Virus record (IMG/VR): IMGVR_UViG_3300028591_000138
Span: 36,722-100,721 of that record
Direction: 5' to 3' (one strand)
DNA from: a virus
Taxonomy: Duplodnaviria > Caudoviricetes
DNA length: 64,000 nucleotides
The notes under the pieces were generated by a model. It was not told the DNA's origin, made no database searches, and was given only the letters and a program-made list of their open reading frames with translations. Within the stretch, counting starts at the first letter, position 1. Each line of letters starts with the position of its first letter. Both the position numbers and the translations under genes were made by a program. Shown here piece by piece: positions 49,866 to 59,105 of the stretch.

Positions 49866-51350
49866 TTACCCAGGAAAATCTCGTTTATAACAAAGGCAGC
49901 CACAATCGTAAATCCTATACCATTCTTTTGAGAGACAGAATTCATGTTCAGACATTTCATTAGGGCACCCGTATTTTGAAACAAGTACATCCTTGCGAAG
50001 ATTGTATCGGTTTACGCGTTTCTTGTTGATAACATACCAATAGCTTGGCTTGGATATGTTATACTGTGTGAACCCTAGTATATTGTATAGGTTTCCATCA
50101 CTCCAACAGCGGTCGGCATATGAAATAATGGTTTTAGGATTGTGCTTCTGTATAAAGGCGTTGAAAAGTTTACTAGCCCCGCCTATAACATTATAATTAA
50201 CTTTATTACAAAACCTTGTTAGTTCGAAAACATCCACCCCTGATTGTCCACGGACGTTTTTACGCGGTTTACTAAAAGTCATTAATGAAACTAATTCACC
50301 ATTATAGTACAAACCGTACCTATATTTTGAAATACAGTTTCCTTGCAGGTGGTTGAGATTTAGAAACATTTCACTATCATAATAAGGAACCTCTTTAATC
50401 TCACAGTTTCGGGCATAAATTTTTTCTGTGAGTAAACCTAGTAGATTTCTGATACGACTTTTCACTATATGTTGTTTACCATACCAATCGTCTTCAAAAA
50501 TATTAATAAGGCGGATTGATTTTTCTTCAGCCATATTAAGTTTGGTTACCATATCCTTCGGATTAGTCCCAAATTTTTCACTGTGCCATATCAACCCATT
50601 TACTTCAAATCCAATATTATGATTAGGTAGAAAAATATCAATTTCCTTACCATTAAGGGTTTTTCTATCATTTGGAATAATATTTGTTTTACCTACGAGT
50701 TCGGTTATAAATTCCAAAACCTCTCTTTCAACATTAGATTTTTCCCTAAAACACAATGGACAACCAGCACCCATTAAATGATTCCTGGCTATTTGTGAGA
50801 ATTTTCCGTGTTTCGGGCAGATTATATCAACTTCATTTTTTCCAATTGTATAATTAACTAATGAATAATCATATTTGCCTTCATGAACCATTGTAGCTTT
50901 TTCAATGAACTCATCGTTTGTTAAACGACTATGTTCAGTACATTTTTGACGTCCACATATAGGACAACCTTGTTTACCGTTATAATGGTTATTATAACTT
51001 TGATAAAAAACTCCGTGTTTTCTACATATTATTGGTAGATTTTCATTAGTATTTTTATATTCAGTTATCAATGAATAATCATATTCATCTCCATGAACCT
51101 CTTTAAATTTACTGATAATTGTTTCAATTGGTCTGCGAAGAGCGGCACTAGATTTGACATAACGGCACTTCGGACAGCCTTGTCCCATTAAGTGTTTTGA
51201 TATTCCTATTTGAAAATCCCCATGTTCTGGACAAGTGACTGTTATTTTATTCTTATAACCAGTATAAACGGTTTTGTCATAACAGTATTTTCCGTGGTGT
51301 ATTTTCAGGAATTTTTCCTTTAAGTTTTCAGTTGTGTATTTTTGATTCAT
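49866..51350 (-). CDS. Free-standing homing endonuclease-like protein (zinc-finger repeats, PD-(D/E)xK core, Hef-like C-terminus)
   Basis: H.GKYDYS/C.KHG.F repeats, EIDIFLP..IGFEVNGLIWH, KIYARNC, SYADRCWS and RIYDCG; AT-rich; likely start MNQKY. Confidence 0.8.
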   Translation of the reverse strand: MNQKYTTENLKEKFLKIHHGKYCYDKTVYTGYKNKITVTCPEHGDFQIGISKHLMGQGCPKCRYVKSSAALRRPIETIISKFKEVHGDEYDYSLITEYKNTNENLPIICRKHGVFYQSYNNHYNGKQGCPICGRQKCTEHSRLTNDEFIEKATMVHEGKYDYSLVNYTIGKNEVDIICPKHGKFSQIARNHLMGAGCPLCFREKSNVEREVLEFITELVGKTNIIPNDRKTLNGKEIDIFLPNHNIGFEVNGLIWHSEKFGTNPKDMVTKLNMAEEKSIRLINIFEDDWYGKQHIVKSRIRNLLGLLTEKIYARNCEIKEVPYYDSEMFLNLNHLQGNCISKYRYGLYYNGELVSLMTFSKPRKNVRGQSGVDVFELTRFCNKVNYNVIGGASKLFNAFIQKHNPKTIISYADRCWSDGNLYNILGFTQYNISKPSYWYVINKKRVNRYNLRKDVLVSKYGCPNEMSEHEFCLSKEWYRIYDCGCLCYKRDFPG

Positions 51351-51406
51351 ATGCTTTGTATTTTTATCTATTATAATATAAATATACAAAAATTCCAAAA
51401 CATACG

Positions 51407-53884
51407 TTATAGTAATACACAATTTTTCAAAAATTGTATTCCAGCGACCAAAGTTTTAGAACAATCGTTAAGATTGAAATCAACGTCGGATACTAAATTC
51501 AGAAACGTTTTTTTACATTCCAAAGTGGCATTCAATAACTCAACAGGCAGACGATTAGGCTTGCGCTTTTTAAGCATTGTAGCCCATGCTTGTAAACCTT
51601 TATCTGAAATATCAACTGTATTGAATTTATCAAAAATTGATTCTCCGTTGTAATATTCCAGTTTAGTGTCTTGTGTAATCTGTTCGGGTTTAATTTCCTC
51701 ACGCTTGTCGTTGAACAGACTATGGTCTTTGGTTACATCTACACACGATTTATTGTCATCAACCCGATAAACATCCTTGTCACTTTCGTGACGGTAGAAA
51801 TATGATGGAGACATCCAACCGCTTCTACAGAGTACCTGGTAGTCCTTTGTAAGTAAATCGTATTGTCTGTTGTCGTTTCTTGTTATACTATGTGTAGTGT
51901 CAAACAGTTCCTCTATCGGCTTAATGTCAATTAAACCCGAGTTTCCGTTATATCTAATAAACAACGGTGTGTCACCAGTAACACTGTCACACACAATGCC
52001 TTCATAGCCTAAATCCTGGAACCACTTTAACATCAGGCGTAGCATCTGACGGCCACAGCAAGTGGTTTCTTCGGCACAGTCGATATCCGACCAAGGAAAG
52101 ACACCGCCACCAGAACCAAATGACCCAAAATACGCATTTCCTGTAATTTTCAGGGGTAACTGCATTTTATCGTTCCTTGTTGACAATGCGGATGCCTCGT
52201 CCTGTTTCACCTTTAATGATTCTATCATAAGGTGGTCGGCGCCCTGGTTTAACAGTTCAGCAATCTGTTTTCCGTAACCCTTTGCTTCCTTGCCGTACTT
52301 TCCTTTGAGCCCCTTGAAATATTCTCGCTGGGTTAGGATGTATTCCAACATGGCAGGCATTGCGTCGGAAATGTCGATAGGCGACTTAATTCCGAACGAA
52401 AGTATAATCGACGGATAAAGTGAATTATAGTCAAGTTTCTGTACATTGGGAATATAACCTACCGTTAACAAACGCGACAGACCGCCAGTGAATGAACGGG
52501 AACTTGTTTCCAGTGGGATTGCCAGGTCGTGTTCATATGACCATGCCATCATAATGTATTTCCATATGGTTGCGGTTCCCATCGTGCACATGCGTTCGAA
52601 GTTCACGGGGAGCATTTTTCCCACGAGGAAATTCGACTCGTTGTAACGGAGCTCGACCTTGTCGGTTTCCCAGAGGTCGTCCAGGAGGTATCTTTCTACA
52701 ATGTATTGACCCGTTACAATCTCGTATCCCTCTTTCAGGGGTTTCGAGTCAGTTATCATGTACCAGTCGCCGTTGGCATCGTTGAAGGCATATTCGTTGT
52801 CCTTGTCAGCCCATGTGGTGTTGATAATCTTACCAGGGACATAGACACGGTTTTTCTTGTTGATTTTGGAATATTTGGTCACATATTTCAGGGTGGCTTT
52901 CTTCATGTTGCTGTCGAGAGCCTGGGCACGGCGTACCGAAAATAGACAGTCTGTGACATGTTTACCCCAAATGACAGTCGGGTAATAGTATTCCATCTCA
53001 CCACCAAGCTTGAGCACGGCCTGCTGTTTCTTTTTGTAAATACCCCTCTCAAGACCTTCAACCTTAGACATTTCAGCCATTGGTGTGTTGAACAGGGTGG
53101 CACCTCTCTTGTCATAGAAATTCCAGTCGAAGTTCTCACTATTGTAACCAGCTACAACATCTGGGTCTATTTCGGCAAGATAGCTGTAGAACTCCAACAT
53201 CGCCTTGTGTTCGTTCTCATGTTTTTCCTCACCTTCTCCAGTTACCGTGATGATTTTCTCGAATCCCTTGTTGGTTCTGATACCAATCTGGTCGATGGTG
53301 TCGGTCAACGGATTGAGTCCGCTGGTCTCGATATCGAACTGGAACCTGAGAATATCGTCGTATGATTCGTAGCCCTTGAAAAGGCGTTTGCCTGTCGCAA
53401 TCATGAACTGCTCGTTGGGAGCGACCGTCTTGTAGAGGTTCTTTCCATAGGTTTTGTCACGCTCCTTGGGGCGGAGTGGTACTTTTGCATCGTCGAAGAA
53501 CTTTGAGAACTCCTGGTTGGACATTGGTTTCGTAGCATACCACAGGTTGCGGTATCCGTTCTCCATGCGTTCGGGAATGTTTCCGTCGGCGTTAGCCACT
53601 ATTAAGTTCTTTACGCCGATACCGAACTCCTGCATTTTGAATTTCAATAGAGTCCTGTCTCCCCCGAACATAAGCCGACCAGCCTCCTGTTTAGCCCAAC
53701 AGAAGGGGTAGAATGGTTCTCTGTCGTAATGTTTGATGAAATTGTCGTCGCGCCAGATTACGGTTGCATATCTATCGTCGTATCCGCATTCGACCTTGAT
53801 GATGTGTTCTTGTGGGTTTGACCCTTTCAGGAAGGCATCAACTTCCTCATGTGTGGCTTTTTGAGCCCGTCTGATTTCTTGCAT
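51407..53884 (-). CDS. polB: DNA polymerase B N-terminal part (exonuclease, motifs A and B) fused to a split-intein N-fragment (51985..51410)
   Basis: FDIETSG, GYNSENFD, YLLDD, LDYNSLYPS and KITGNAYFG; then GIVCD|SVTGDTP (intein block A) and VTKDHSL (block B); no C-terminal HN. Confidence 0.92.
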   Translation of the reverse strand: MQEIRRAQKATHEEVDAFLKGSNPQEHIIKVECGYDDRYATVIWRDDNFIKHYDREPFYPFCWAKQEAGRLMFGGDRTLLKFKMQEFGIGVKNLIVANADGNIPERMENGYRNLWYATKPMSNQEFSKFFDDAKVPLRPKERDKTYGKNLYKTVAPNEQFMIATGKRLFKGYESYDDILRFQFDIETSGLNPLTDTIDQIGIRTNKGFEKIITVTGEGEEKHENEHKAMLEFYSYLAEIDPDVVAGYNSENFDWNFYDKRGATLFNTPMAEMSKVEGLERGIYKKKQQAVLKLGGEMEYYYPTVIWGKHVTDCLFSVRRAQALDSNMKKATLKYVTKYSKINKKNRVYVPGKIINTTWADKDNEYAFNDANGDWYMITDSKPLKEGYEIVTGQYIVERYLLDDLWETDKVELRYNESNFLVGKMLPVNFERMCTMGTATIWKYIMMAWSYEHDLAIPLETSSRSFTGGLSRLLTVGYIPNVQKLDYNSLYPSIILSFGIKSPIDISDAMPAMLEYILTQREYFKGLKGKYGKEAKGYGKQIAELLNQGADHLMIESLKVKQDEASALSTRNDKMQLPLKITGNAYFGSFGSGGGVFPWSDIDCAEETTCCGRQMLRLMLKWFQDLGYEGIVCDSVTGDTPLFIRYNGNSGLIDIKPIEELFDTTHSITRNDNRQYDLLTKDYQVLCRSGWMSPSYFYRHESDKDVYRVDDNKSCVDVTKDHSLFNDKREEIKPEQITQDTKLEYYNGESIFDKFNTVDISDKGLQAWATMLKKRKPNRLPVELLNATLECKKTFLNLVSDVDFNLNDCSKTLVAGIQFLKNCVLL

Positions 53885-54046
53885 GTTGTATGTTTTTAAT
53901 TTATTATTAACAGGCAGTTAAGACAAACGGATTGCCATCATGCCTGATATGTTCCAATTATAAATATACGAAATTTTAGGCAATAAAAAGGGGATTTGGA
54001 AAAATATTTTCTCAAATCCCCCTGATTACAGTGCGTAAAAATTCTT

Positions 54047-55249
54047 TTAGATAAGTTGGTTTGCTTTAAGAATTTTTGCAATAGTTTCGTTAATAATCTG
54101 TGCAAGTCTGCGCTGTCTGCGGCGTTTAGCCTCGTTCATCTCGTCGTACATTTTTGCCCTGTATTCAGGAAGAATGTAGTTTTTAATGGTTTGGATTGTA
54201 CGGCGATAGCTATCGTAGTAAGACTGTTCATTGACTGGTTCCGTAACCGAACTAGCGTAAATCTTGTAAGCTATCTGCATCATAACCATCTGGAGTTGTT
54301 TGTCTGTAATGTTAGCGGGAATGTTAAGTTTATCCCTGTTGTTTTCCAGACGTTTGTAGGCTTGCATCATGCTGTACAGAACTTTACCGTTGAATCTAAC
54401 ACCCTGCGGAAGTTTCAATGTATGGTTCTTATAGTCGTTCATGATGCGTTCAAGTATACCGCCTATTGTAGGTTCGTTTATTTTTTCATCTGGACGGTCG
54501 ACGTCAATTCTCGGGTTACCATTGATTGCTGTGTTAAGGGCTCCGTTGGTAGCGGAAGCACCACCCTGAATCTGAGCGGCGTAGTCATAATGACAATATG
54601 TTGTGAAACGTCTGTTGATTTCAGACCAGAACCCTGTCATTCCGCCGTTGTGATATGCGGAAGCGAGCTCGAGTTTGAGGTCGTCCTGTGCTATGCTGAT
54701 TTGCGGGGCACCACCGTCGTTACCGCCACGGCCAGATTTTGACATAACTTCCGTGTGGTCGGTAAGCATGAACATATTGAACATGCTTTGAGCGTCGCCG
54801 TCTTCAATCTGACGGAGTTTTCTGTCTTTATTGCGTTTGGCGTCAACTGCGTTGGAACGTTTGGCTATAAAGTTAATGCGTTTATCCTCGCCAACCTTAA
54901 CAACCATATTAGCGAAAGCCTGCTTTTCCTGTGCCTCAGCCTTTTTGTCTTCTGGGTGTTCCTGCAGGTGCATGTAAGCCTGATACCAATCGGATACAAA
55001 TTTCTCAACCGACACGGGATTTCTTGGAGATTTTTTCTTAGGCAGGGGTTTGGTGATATCATCATCAAACTCAAAATTATCCTCATCGGTAGGTTCGAAT
55101 GAACTTTCATCGTAATTCGTGTCGTCATCATCGTCGTAGTCGGTGTATTGAGTATGAAACTCATCGTCATCGTTTTCGCGAAGATTCATGATAGCTTCGG
55201 AAATCAGTCTGCGGATGTCGCTTTCAGTTAATGTTATAATTTTCTTCAT
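54047..55249 (-). CDS. Hypothetical protein with N-terminal KKIITLTESDI tag
   Basis: 400 aa ORF; TATTTATA upstream on the minus strand (55271-55278). Confidence 0.6.
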   Translation of the reverse strand: MKKIITLTESDIRRLISEAIMNLRENDDDEFHTQYTDYDDDDDTNYDESSFEPTDEDNFEFDDDITKPLPKKKSPRNPVSVEKFVSDWYQAYMHLQEHPEDKKAEAQEKQAFANMVVKVGEDKRINFIAKRSNAVDAKRNKDRKLRQIEDGDAQSMFNMFMLTDHTEVMSKSGRGGNDGGAPQISIAQDDLKLELASAYHNGGMTGFWSEINRRFTTYCHYDYAAQIQGGASATNGALNTAINGNPRIDVDRPDEKINEPTIGGILERIMNDYKNHTLKLPQGVRFNGKVLYSMMQAYKRLENNRDKLNIPANITDKQLQMVMMQIAYKIYASSVTEPVNEQSYYDSYRRTIQTIKNYILPEYRAKMYDEMNEAKRRRQRRLAQIINETIAKILKANQLI

Positions 55250-55294
55250 GATATATATGTCTTATTTTTATATAAATATCAGTATTTTGATTAA

Positions 55295-55705
55295 TTATCT
55301 CGTTTTTTTAATGCAGCTGTCGTTAACTGTAATTATTAAATCTTCCTGTATAGGGGTGATTAATTCACCCGACGGAAACGATAGACCGTCAACGACAATT
55401 TTGTCATTGAAGTCAATATGAAAGTGTCCTACAAAAACACCTGGTTCGTTAGTGTCGCGTTTCTTCCATGAATATTGGAGGAAGTAACGTTCCTCACACC
55501 CGCTTTCCTCGTCATATACAACCTCGGCGGGGGCGTTAGCTATCTTCTTGATTCCAGTCTCCAGGTTTTCCATTGAAAAAGTGAGCGCGTTTGTATTCTG
55601 TATCGCCAGATAGAACTTACGAAAGTCGCGCTTGCCGTCGTTGATGAGCTCGCAGCGTAGTTTCGGCAGTTCTGAATTTTTATTGATGGTAAAATATTGG
55701 CTCAT
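55295..55705 (-). CDS. BppU-like Ig-fold virion protein
   Basis: FTINKNSELPKL...LQYSWKKRDT..PG.FVGHF.I.F. Confidence 0.55.
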   Translation of the reverse strand: MSQYFTINKNSELPKLRCELINDGKRDFRKFYLAIQNTNALTFSMENLETGIKKIANAPAEVVYDEESGCEERYFLQYSWKKRDTNEPGVFVGHFHIDFNDKIVVDGLSFPSGELITPIQEDLIITVNDSCIKKTR

Positions 55706-55764
55706 AATGTTGTCAATTTATTATATGAATAAATATTTATAATAAGTAAAAATAGACTTGTTTT

Positions 55765-56919
55765 ATGACAATAGATAACGAAAAAAACCAATTGTTTAAA
55801 CTGGTGCGAAGCAAACTAGGGGCTCCTGTTAGAAAGGTTGAACTTACCGACGACCAGCTTTGTGACTTGTTGAGTATTGCAGTGAGCGACTACGGAGAGA
55901 AAATACAGAATTTCATCATTGAAAGCAACTGGGCGGCGTTTTACGGCAAGACTGGTTTACGTTCCATGACCAATCAGGACTGGGCGTGGGCTTTAGCAGT
56001 CAGAAGTCTTGATATGTCAAAGGAATATTCATATTATTTTTCCAAAGAGGTAGGCTTACAACAGAGAGGACCGTGGGAGTTAAAGAAAGACTTTTTCGAG
56101 ATTGAGCCTGGAAAACAGGTATATGTGATACCAGCTGGGCGTGAGATAAACAAGGTATTGTACATAACCAACCCGACAACCGACCCAGCTTTGTTCGCAA
56201 ACTACGGTGGTATTACCGCGGGTTTCGGCGGCGGTGTCGTGGGTCAGTTAGGTCTGGGCGGCGGCGCTGCGTTCGCTGGAATGGCTGGCGCTGGTTTCGG
56301 TGGGTTGTATGCAATGCCTCTGTACGACGTGGCGTTGGTTGCTGCTGATATGAAGGAAAAAAATAAATTCCTCGGTTGTGATTTAGTATATAAGGTGACT
56401 GCTGGACCTGATGGCACACATTTAATTCACCTTGAATCTGTACCAGGTGGCAGGTTTGAGAAAATGGGTGGTTTTGGCAGACGACATCCTCTGTTTGTGT
56501 GGTATACTTATTATGATACCAGTAAGGCTAGTGCCGATGAGTGTGACGAACTCTTGAAAAATAACGGTGACACATTGCTTTCTCCAGACCAGGTTCCTTT
56601 AGCTGAAATGGATTATGCTTATCTGAATGCCCCGTCTAAAACTATCGTTCGTCAACTCCTTGTCGGCGAGGCGGCAGAGACATTAGGTCTTATCAGGGGT
56701 AAGTTTTCTGGTAATATCAATATGATTAATTCACCATTGACTATGGATTACAATATGTTGATAACCATGGGTCAAAACGAGAAGAAAAACGCTATGGAGG
56801 CTTTGGTTGAGAGATTGAAGAGAATGTGCCCGTGGGAGATGATGAAATACCAAGCTGATTTAGTTGAAAGTCTATTGAAGATAAAAAAGGCGGTTCCGCT
56901 TGGAATATACTTGAAGTAA
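55765..56919 (+). CDS. Neck/head-completion protein (gp13-like)
   Basis: KLGAPVRKVELTDDQL..L..A N-terminus; LGLIRGKFSG. Confidence 0.65.
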   Translation: MTIDNEKNQLFKLVRSKLGAPVRKVELTDDQLCDLLSIAVSDYGEKIQNFIIESNWAAFYGKTGLRSMTNQDWAWALAVRSLDMSKEYSYYFSKEVGLQQRGPWELKKDFFEIEPGKQVYVIPAGREINKVLYITNPTTDPALFANYGGITAGFGGGVVGQLGLGGGAAFAGMAGAGFGGLYAMPLYDVALVAADMKEKNKFLGCDLVYKVTAGPDGTHLIHLESVPGGRFEKMGGFGRRHPLFVWYTYYDTSKASADECDELLKNNGDTLLSPDQVPLAEMDYAYLNAPSKTIVRQLLVGEAAETLGLIRGKFSGNINMINSPLTMDYNMLITMGQNEKKNAMEALVERLKRMCPWEMMKYQADLVESLLKIKKAVPLGIYLK

Positions 56920-56923
56920 ATTG

Positions 56924-56952
56924 AAAAAGGAGGATTTTAGTCCTCCTTTTTT
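56924..56952. terminator. Bidirectional terminator
   Basis: AAAAAGGAGGA-tttta g-TCCTCCTTTTT between convergent genes. Confidence 0.8.
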
Positions 56953-56993
56953 GTTAGCATTATGATTTATAGAGCTTCCTCCACACGGTCTTG

Positions 56994-57455
56994 TTAAGTT
57001 AGTTTGTCTTTCAACAGAGTCATCATATCACTCATCTCTTTTTTTAAATCCGAAATCTCATCCTTAAGTTGTGAAATTTCCTCGCTGGACTGATTATTGG
57101 AAGTTTCTTTGGGTAGACCTGGATAAAATCCCTTTTTCATTCTATCTTCAAGTAAAGTAAGGCGTAGCGCGTTCTGGTCAGCGTTTCTTGACTGTTCAAT
57201 ATTAATCATAGCCTCGTTAACTTTTGACATTCTACCCGTATCAAGACGGGACATGTATCCCATTATAGCGGAAACATCAGTATCCTCGTAATATTCACTT
57301 ATTTTTCTATCAACTTGTGCGCGTTCCACTGGACTCATTTGTTCGTATGGAACATACCCACTGACATTGTTAAGTCCTTCGGTTATACTGTTATTGACTG
57401 TTTGTTGAGCCTTACTTTGTTCAACATCGTTTTTATAATCGTCTAATATACCCAT
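56994..57455 (-). CDS. Hypothetical protein
   Basis: 153 aa ORF with a C-terminal coiled coil. Confidence 0.55.
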   Translation of the reverse strand: MGILDDYKNDVEQSKAQQTVNNSITEGLNNVSGYVPYEQMSPVERAQVDRKISEYYEDTDVSAIMGYMSRLDTGRMSKVNEAMINIEQSRNADQNALRLTLLEDRMKKGFYPGLPKETSNNQSSEEISQLKDEISDLKKEMSDMMTLLKDKLT

Positions 57456-57482
57456 AATTAAAAATTGTATTTAATATAATAA

Positions 57483-58052
57483 TTATGCCTTACCAACAAA
57501 ATCTTCCACGAAAATCTTATTTTTGTTTAAAATAAATTTCAACCTATTATTATCCATGTTTTCATACACTTTAGTTGTATTGAAATCTATTTCATTTTCA
57601 ATGTCATCAAATTGAACTGCGTTTAAATTATCCTCGTCATTCTCATTATCGTAAAACTTACACATTAACGGCAAAGTTTTGTTAAGCTGCGGCATGCACT
57701 TGTACATGTCATCTAAATCCGTAAAAACAGCAATCTGATGGCTGTCATCGCACAGTGTTATGGTATAATCATCAAAATTTACCATAGCTATATATTGTAT
57801 AACACTTCCGTCTTGTTCGTACCATAACATAAATTGGTTATATATAGCTTTAACCTCGCCGTCATTTATCTGAAACTGCGGTAAAATATCCCAACCACGA
57901 TTTAGCATGGCTGCTATCATTAACAACTCTTTATATGTTAAGTCTTTAATAGTTGTGCCAAATAATCTGGGTAATATGTTCATACCCACAATTGCTAATG
58001 GGTAATACAACTGATGATATAGTGTGTTATTAAGAATAAAACTATTGTTCAT
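57483..58052 (-). CDS. Hypothetical protein
   Basis: AT-rich ORF; start placed at MNNSF after a TTTTGTATATTAGTA motif. Confidence 0.55.
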   Translation of the reverse strand: MNNSFILNNTLYHQLYYPLAIVGMNILPRLFGTTIKDLTYKELLMIAAMLNRGWDILPQFQINDGEVKAIYNQFMLWYEQDGSVIQYIAMVNFDDYTITLCDDSHQIAVFTDLDDMYKCMPQLNKTLPLMCKFYDNENDEDNLNAVQFDDIENEIDFNTTKVYENMDNNRLKFILNKNKIFVEDFVGKA

Positions 58053-58075
58053 AATACTAATATACAAAATTTTAG

Positions 58076-58522
58076 TTAAACGTATCTGAGTTTTAAATCT
58101 CTTTTTGCAAACATCTTTTCAATTTTTTCAACCTCATCGCCAAACTGGATGATGATTCTTGGCTCGGGGTATTCCTCGACACCGTCAAGGTTTTCATATG
58201 CCAGGGCAATGATATGGTCGCGGGCGTCCTGCATGGAAAAACAACAGCAGTCCTGGGCAAGGTCGAGAGTTATGTTTGTTTTCAGCTCCAGGATATATTC
58301 ATACATATCCTCGTCGAGGTCTATAAGGTTTCTGGGAACATTGCATGCTGGCACCTCACCCCAACCCTCAGCAAACACTTCCTCTGGTTTTGATGAAAGA
58401 TAGAAACGGTAAATCTTTGTACCGTCCATGTCGGTTCCGAGATATTTTACAAACACAACCGAAAGCTGCGGGTCTAGATTTTCCCCAGTTTCATCTATAT
58501 AGTCGTAATCATCGATAGCCAT
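58076..58522 (-). CDS. Hypothetical acidic protein
   Basis: 148 aa ORF. Confidence 0.6.
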   Translation of the reverse strand: MAIDDYDYIDETGENLDPQLSVVFVKYLGTDMDGTKIYRFYLSSKPEEVFAEGWGEVPACNVPRNLIDLDEDMYEYILELKTNITLDLAQDCCCFSMQDARDHIIALAYENLDGVEEYPEPRIIIQFGDEVEKIEKMFAKRDLKLRYV

Positions 58523-59082
58523 TATTTTAAAATTTCAAAGTGTTTTATTTTTTTTAAATCCTCTATAGGGACTAAGACTATTATATCTTGTCTGTTCTGT
58601 CGTTGATACGGGATGTATGTTTTTTTAGGGTTTTTGTGAACGGGTTTTGCTATATCACAATTGTTTTTAATCAGTTCAAGTAGTTTACAGCGCTGGAGGA
58701 ATAAATACCTATCATCCGTCTCCTGCATGATATAGTCATGAGTTTCTGTTATATTGAATCCAAACTTTTTTAATTCGTTTACCATCGGCACCGCACTGCC
58801 GTTGCCGCCGTTCACGTTCTGTATTTCAAACCATTCACTGTTTTTACTTAACACACTGTCACCGCGTGAGATTTTCTTCTGAGCCTTTTTATCGATTGAA
58901 CATGTATAACCTTTCGGCGACTCCCATATAATGTCTGTGTGACATTTAATGTTAACCTCGGGCGTGGTATTGTAACACTTTCCGCCAAGTGTGGACTCTA
59001 TAAGTCGGGCTGCGTTGTTTTCATCAATTTCTCCCTCAATAAGATATTTTTCATATTTTTCTCTAAATTCGTTAATTTGCAT
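58522..59082 (-). CDS. Possible PD-(D/E)xK-fold nuclease
   Basis: HTDIIW....SIDKKAQK...WFEIQNVNG pattern. Confidence 0.4.
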   Translation of the reverse strand: MQINEFREKYEKYLIEGEIDENNAARLIESTLGGKCYNTTPEVNIKCHTDIIWESPKGYTCSIDKKAQKKISRGDSVLSKNSEWFEIQNVNGGNGSAVPMVNELKKFGFNITETHDYIMQETDDRYLFLQRCKLLELIKNNCDIAKPVHKNPKKTYIPYQRQNRQDIIVLVPIEDLKKIKHFEILK

Positions 59083-59105
59083 TAAAATTTCTTACCATAT
59101 ACTCT

